Below, in pieces: positions 58,920-64,000 of a stretch of 64,000 bases of DNA (position 1 is its first letter; each line of letters opens with the position of its first letter). Source of the stretch: Paraspadella gotoi (Eukaryota > Animalia > Chaetognatha); contig CM119267.1 of assembly GCA_051294375.1 (NCBI GenBank), positions 11,853,553 to 11,917,552 of the forward strand. The letters run 5' to 3'. A program made the translations under genes and the position numbers. The notes under the pieces are model-generated. The model was not told the DNA's origin and ran no database searches. It worked only from the letters and a program-made list of their open reading frames with translations.

Positions 58920-61900
58920 TCATTCGTGAAAAATAGCGAACATGAATTCCGAGGGGGTGGAATACACCCCCTTAATTGAGCATTTAATCGCGTTGTGGGA
59001 ACCTTCCAAAACATTCGGATACATCGGAGCGGTTGGGCCCGTCTGGAGTAGGACGTTGTGCCACCACCCGCAACCATAGCGTTCGGCGTTATTTCTTTTG
59101 TCCGTCCGTCATTGTCTACGTCCTTGGTTGAAAATTTCTGGTTTCTCGCCATGCCCAAGACGTCGCAAGGGGGATTCATGTGAAAATTGTATCCGATAAG
59201 CAAATCGCCGAAAGTCCACTGATAGCCGTCCGATTCATTTTTCACCTGAAAGTGTCAACGGGACTCAAGACTAAGTTACAAATTTTCATTGCATTATTTA
59301 TCAAAGTAGGCAACCGTATTATCATAATATAATCTACAGGGTTCGGACTTAAAACTTTCCCCCATAGGAAAAATTATTAATTATTAATTATTAATTCCCG
59401 CGGCGTTCGCCCGATCCTCCGATCCGTTTTCGATTCTCGGAGGGTTGAAAGTTGATAATTTGTACTTAATGATATATCTAAACAAGTTTGAGTATTATCG
59501 GTAATTAAATAATTAATATTTAATTAATTAACTCAAGTTAATTAATTAATTGATAGATTAATTGACTCATTAATTAATAATTGATTTTTTAATTGACTAA
59601 TTATTAATTAACTGATTAATTATTTGATTAATTTATACATCTTGCATTTACATTTAATATAAAAATAAAAAGAAGCATAATCAATTAGTGAAACAGGTTT
59701 TTGGTTTTTTTCCATTTAAACTCATTTCCACATCAAACAATTCCTACCGACATACACAATTTCAGGTCAATTGCCCCATCCACTCATGAGCAATTGGCCG
59801 GTCATGGCTCGATAATAAAACAATTTTGTAAAACAATTGTGCGTGGGGGAGGTAAGATTCAAGTCGGAACTCTGTATTGTGGCGATATATTCACTCTGCC
59901 TCACATCAACAATTGTTTGGCCAATCCCATTGCTTCAGAGGGGAACGCACCCTCCCAAGCGTTACGATCCTTCCACAGTTCCTAGCGACTTTCCTCTGTG
60001 TTGTCAAAGCCTAACCGCGCCTGTGACAGGAGGCGTCACTGAGGCTCGGTAGCCCATAAAGCCAACAGTGATATGCCCCATCCCAATGAGCATCTCAAGC
60101 AACCCGGCTGTTGCCATAATATAAATTTTTTTGGAGAATTAGATTTCTTTACTTTTACGTATCCCTAACCCTCACCATGAAGTCTGGCCAAACTCCAACT
60201 CCATACTGTCCCTTCAACGGATCGTCCTTAGCGCGTTCGCTTGATGACCAGCCTTTCTTCCACCATTTGAACTTTGCAATCAAATACCAATTTCCAGATT
60301 TTGTCAGTTCGTTTAATTTTTCCAAGCCGAACCACAAGTTTTTTCCTGTCATATTCGTAAACAAGTTTAACTAAATACTTTAACTACATACTTTAACTAA
60401 ATACTAAATAATAAGCTATCGTTTCAAGCAAAACGTCACGAAAACCAGCATATAAAATATATTAGTCAATACTCAATAGTCATATATAACAAGATTGAAT
60501 TAAATTGGATGCCTTAGAAGGAATAACTAAACAGACATAAAAAATGATATTTCTTGAACAGGTTGACGTAAAATATTTTGGTATCAAACAAAATTAAAAA
60601 TTTCAGTTATTAAACTTAAATTTATTATCACGAATAAGCGCAAAAGTATAGACCATTTCATAGGATACCTAAATTTTAAAAATTGAACAAAGCAAACTCC
60701 TGTAGTTTTTTCATGATTTTGTAAAAAAATTTCTTAAATTGTATTTTTTATTATTTAATTAGAAGTGTTGTTTTTCGTTGTCTTTTCGTTGGTTAAGTTT
60801 AATAAGAGAAATATTGATTTTTCACAACGAATTTTAATTCACATTGTTACAGACATGTTTCGAATAGTATTTCTATTCATCATCAGTGTAAAAACGATTT
60901 GTGGATCAACAAGTTTAGCAATGTTAAGAATGATTTTAAGGCCAGGGATCACTCAACCTAATATTGTAGAAATCTTAATTTACTGTATCTTAATCATTTT
61001 CTCACATCTTGTAAGAGGTTTTCTATTAAAAAATAATCGAAAACTTTTAAAAATCTACCTAAAATGTTATTAAAAATTTAAACAAATTTTTTTCTTCGGT
61101 AAAACTAGATTTTCAAGAGAAAAATATTTTTTTAAAATGTAAGCTAAATTTCTACAACCAAATTTTTAACTTAAAACTGATTCTTTACAGTAAGCTCAAT
61201 TTCTACTTCTTATATTTAATTCTTCCTTTGGTACAAGTCCATACTTAGGTTGTATCACTAATAAGTCTAAAACAAACTACTCTACACATTTTTCAGATGG
61301 GTTTTTATGCTTTTATGAGTTTTATGAGTTAAAAAACTTATCGAATTTATTTCAATTTGACTTTTTACTTTATATAAATGTTTATATCATAAAATAGTTG
61401 CCTTATTTTCTAGGGAATCTCTGAAAAAAAATCAAATCTGAATTTAAAAAAATTAAAAACAGTAAGCCATTTTTTTAAGACATCAGCGTTGAACAAACTC
61501 CATCATCACATCCCGTGCTTGTGTATGTTGTGGTGAATCTTGCAAAAATAATGAGTACAGAATTTAACTTTCTTGACGAAGTGAAGTTAAAAACGAAGAG
61601 TTGCAGCTCAAACCACAGGACTCTTCTTGAAGAAAAAAATATCTTGGGTAAGAAAGGAAAGTGGGGGAGATTCTATGAGCGCGTTTTTGGAAAATATCTT
61701 TCGTTTCAAAGATATCAAGGAATTTATCCCAAAAATTGACTAAAATAATCAAATTTTCTATGAAGGAAGGCAAATTTGAAAGTATCTTTTCATAGAATTG
61801 GAGTTCGTGACCTAAAAGTAATCCATGCCAAATTTCATGAGAAACCGCCTTACCGTTTGGGCTGCAACTCTTCAAATAGGTTTCTTTTATTTTATATAGT

Positions 61901-62041
61901 ACAAAAAAAATCGAAAAAACGATAACGCCTTTGAAAAAATAATAAAGTGAATACATTTTCGGAATCGTCAGGAGTTCTCCTTTCGAAATCCGAGCTCGGT
62001 TTTAGCCTAATTATAATTTGAATTAAGTGATCCCGGACCTT

Positions 62042-62089
<48 letters not shown>

Positions 62090-62990
62090 TAAGGTAAATA
62101 ATCTTTTAAATTGTTTCTTTAGATGCAGCTACAGAGCTTTTATAATGCAATATTTATTATTTTTAAAATCATCTACTTACCTTGTTTCTATAAGTTTTTT
62201 AATTGATTTAATGATAATCTATTGAATAGCAACCATTTTTTTCTGGCTTAATGATTCAATAGCTCAAAACTTTAAATAATAAAATTTATACTTCAAAATA
62301 ATTAACATATTTTTATTAATTTTTTTCTTTTTTTTAATATATACATTTTTATTTTATTGATGCACTTATTTTATACAAAATTAAAATTTAAATAATTTAA
62401 ATCAATTTAAAATATTTTTCTATGCATTTCTTTTAATACAATTCATTCAAAAATATAAAACTTAATTTAAAAATTAAAAAAATTAAAAACTAAGACTCAT
62501 GTTTTGCAAAAAAAGTTTATAAAAATTGAATTCGAAATATAGTATCATAAATGGTAAGAACTTATCTTTGACATTGTTATCTCAGAAATAATATTTAGGA
62601 ACACATTTCCGCACAATATGTAAAAGTTAACCGACAGTACCATTAGGACACACTGTAATACAGTTGTGAGTGGATATCCAACATACAGTCTGTATGTTGG
62701 ATATCCACTCACGATCTCAATCAGATTCGTACCTCTCGCAAATCCCATTTTGTATTCACTCCACGTATTTTTCTCCGTAAAAACCTTCGCTTCTTCCGAA
62801 TACACGTTGTGCCACAGAAATGGGATGAAAGTGTGTTTGATCGGAGACACTGTCAGAGGGAGAAAAGTTATATTTTACTTACTATTTACTTTACTATTAC
62901 GCTTTATTATTTTTCCCCTTTTTTTCACCGCATTCATCAACGACGACCTTAAACGATTTCAAAAATCTTTTCATCTTTTTCACGTTTATC
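58920..62990 (-). CDS. Fibrinogen-related domain (FReD) protein; one frameshift, possibly a pseudogene; 5' extent uncertain
   Basis: Exons 62849-62733 (FTEKNTWSEYKMGF), 60345-60176 (NLWFGLEKLNELT...), 59245-58920 (NQKFSTKDVDND, then in a shifted frame RNNAERYGCGWWH...FMFAIFHE*). Further exon-like blocks at 62.9-63.9 kb do not join without stop codons. Confidence 0.8.
59878..60119. repeat. Third, inverted copy of the ~245-bp GC-rich repeat, in a FReD intron
   Basis: Reverse complement reads tatggcaacagccgggttgcttgagatgctcattgggatggggcatatcactgttggc...gcgttcccctctgaagcaatgggattggcc. Confidence 0.9.
60940..62039. mobile_element. Kolobok-like non-autonomous DNA element; partial copy at ~58515-58830
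   Basis: TTAA|GGCCAGGGATCACTCAA...TTAAGTGATCCCGGACC|TTGA. The partial copy shares internal blocks (aagaaaggaaag(g)tgggggagattctatgagcg) and ends GATCCCTGACC|TTAA. Confidence 0.7.
62666..62712. repeat. Perfect 47-bp palindrome (23-bp arms, 1-nt spacer)
   Basis: GTGAGTGGATATCCAACATACAG-T-CTGTATGTTGGATATCCACTCAC. Confidence 0.97.
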
Positions 62991-64000
62991 GCCCTTTCAC
63001 AAGAGCATCATTAATTCATTATTATCATTAATTTAATTCTTTTACTGTCATCATGAATGCTCTCCTGCGAAGAGAAGATTGCCGTGTCCATCATCGAGAA
63101 ATTTGTTCTCATCATCGGAGTAATCGTTGTCATCATCGCGGGCGTCGTCGTCATCATTACTGAAAAATAAATATTAAAACTGACGAAAACTGGTCAATTT
63201 AAGCGACGAATTAAGTTATTGAGCTAAAGTTTCATGCGAGGAAAAAAAATAATTAAAATAGAGGTTCTCACTCATTTCTTTTTTCTGTTTTAACATCGAC
63301 TTCAGCTTTACGTTTTCCTTCTCCAAAATCTCGCTTCTTTTCAACGCCTTACTTACCGAAGAGACGGTACGTCGCACCTAGATAGGAAACTTTCCGTTTA
63401 ATAATTAATCCTCTCTTTTAACATTATCAAAACAGTTCATCTACCTTCGTAATGCTAATTTTCACTAACCACTTTAGAGCATTTCTCTTCCATCTTTGTA
63501 ATAGTAAGTAGAATATCCTGAAGTCGAATAAATTCTAAGTAAGATTTGGAGAAAGGGATTTTTCAACTTTATATTGAATAAAATTTTAATAAAAACTTCA
63601 TAAAAATTTTCTAAAGAATACTGCTTTTAATATTTAGCGGAGAAGCACATAGGTTCCGCCTATAAACGTCGCATTTAGCAAAAAAGCAACTCTTTCCAAT
63701 CTTGTTCAGTTGTTACTTACAATATTAATTTGATTTCTACCAAAATACAAATTGGGATGAACTAGGGGTTGGTTGAAATCATATCCACCCATTTCAAATG
63801 TTAAAAAAGTACAATTTTTGCAACATTTAGGAGAAAAAATCATATCCATTTTTGTCCATTTTCACTTTCGTCTTCTGATTACAGTGCCAAGGAAAGTTGA
63901 GAAAATTTTTTTACTTTGGAAATTCGTTCTTCCTTATCTTCTTTACCTCTGGGTAAATTTATTTCCTTAAATCATTTCTAGTTTGCCTATGAATTAATTT

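Overview
AT-rich, intron-rich invertebrate metazoan genomic DNA with many (AG)n and (GTC)n microsatellites; most ORFs in the supplied track are spurious. Manual splicing gives, left to right: (1) glucosamine-6-phosphate deaminase GNPDA (minus strand), whose exons 2-3 lie on the opposite strand inside an ~8.8 kb indel-rich segment (~3.9-12.7 kb). That segment is an inverted second copy of 12.8-19.6 kb and is most likely a mis-oriented long-read gap fill from the other haplotype; the two copies differ by two transposon insertions. (2) The 3' part of a two-pore-domain (K2P) potassium channel with an ~1,100-aa disordered tail. (3) A secreted single-CUB protein. (4) A broken VWDE-like membrane protein fragment. 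(5) The standout: an ~1,500-aa protein with signal peptide, lectin-like, discoidin-like, 6x EGF, PLAT, Sushi and Ig-like modules and an extra TM, fused in frame to an XK-related (Xkr scramblase family) domain. (6) A GH56 hyaluronidase with a basic insert that hosts an antisense LDLa-TM-PPxY gene in one intron. (7) A second CUB-LDLa-TM-PPxY gene. (8) A fibrinogen-related-domain gene with a frameshift. Non-autonomous Tc1/mariner-like, Kolobok-like, Helentron-like and tRNA-SINE-like elements are also present. All domain calls come from motif recognition by eye; no database search was run.
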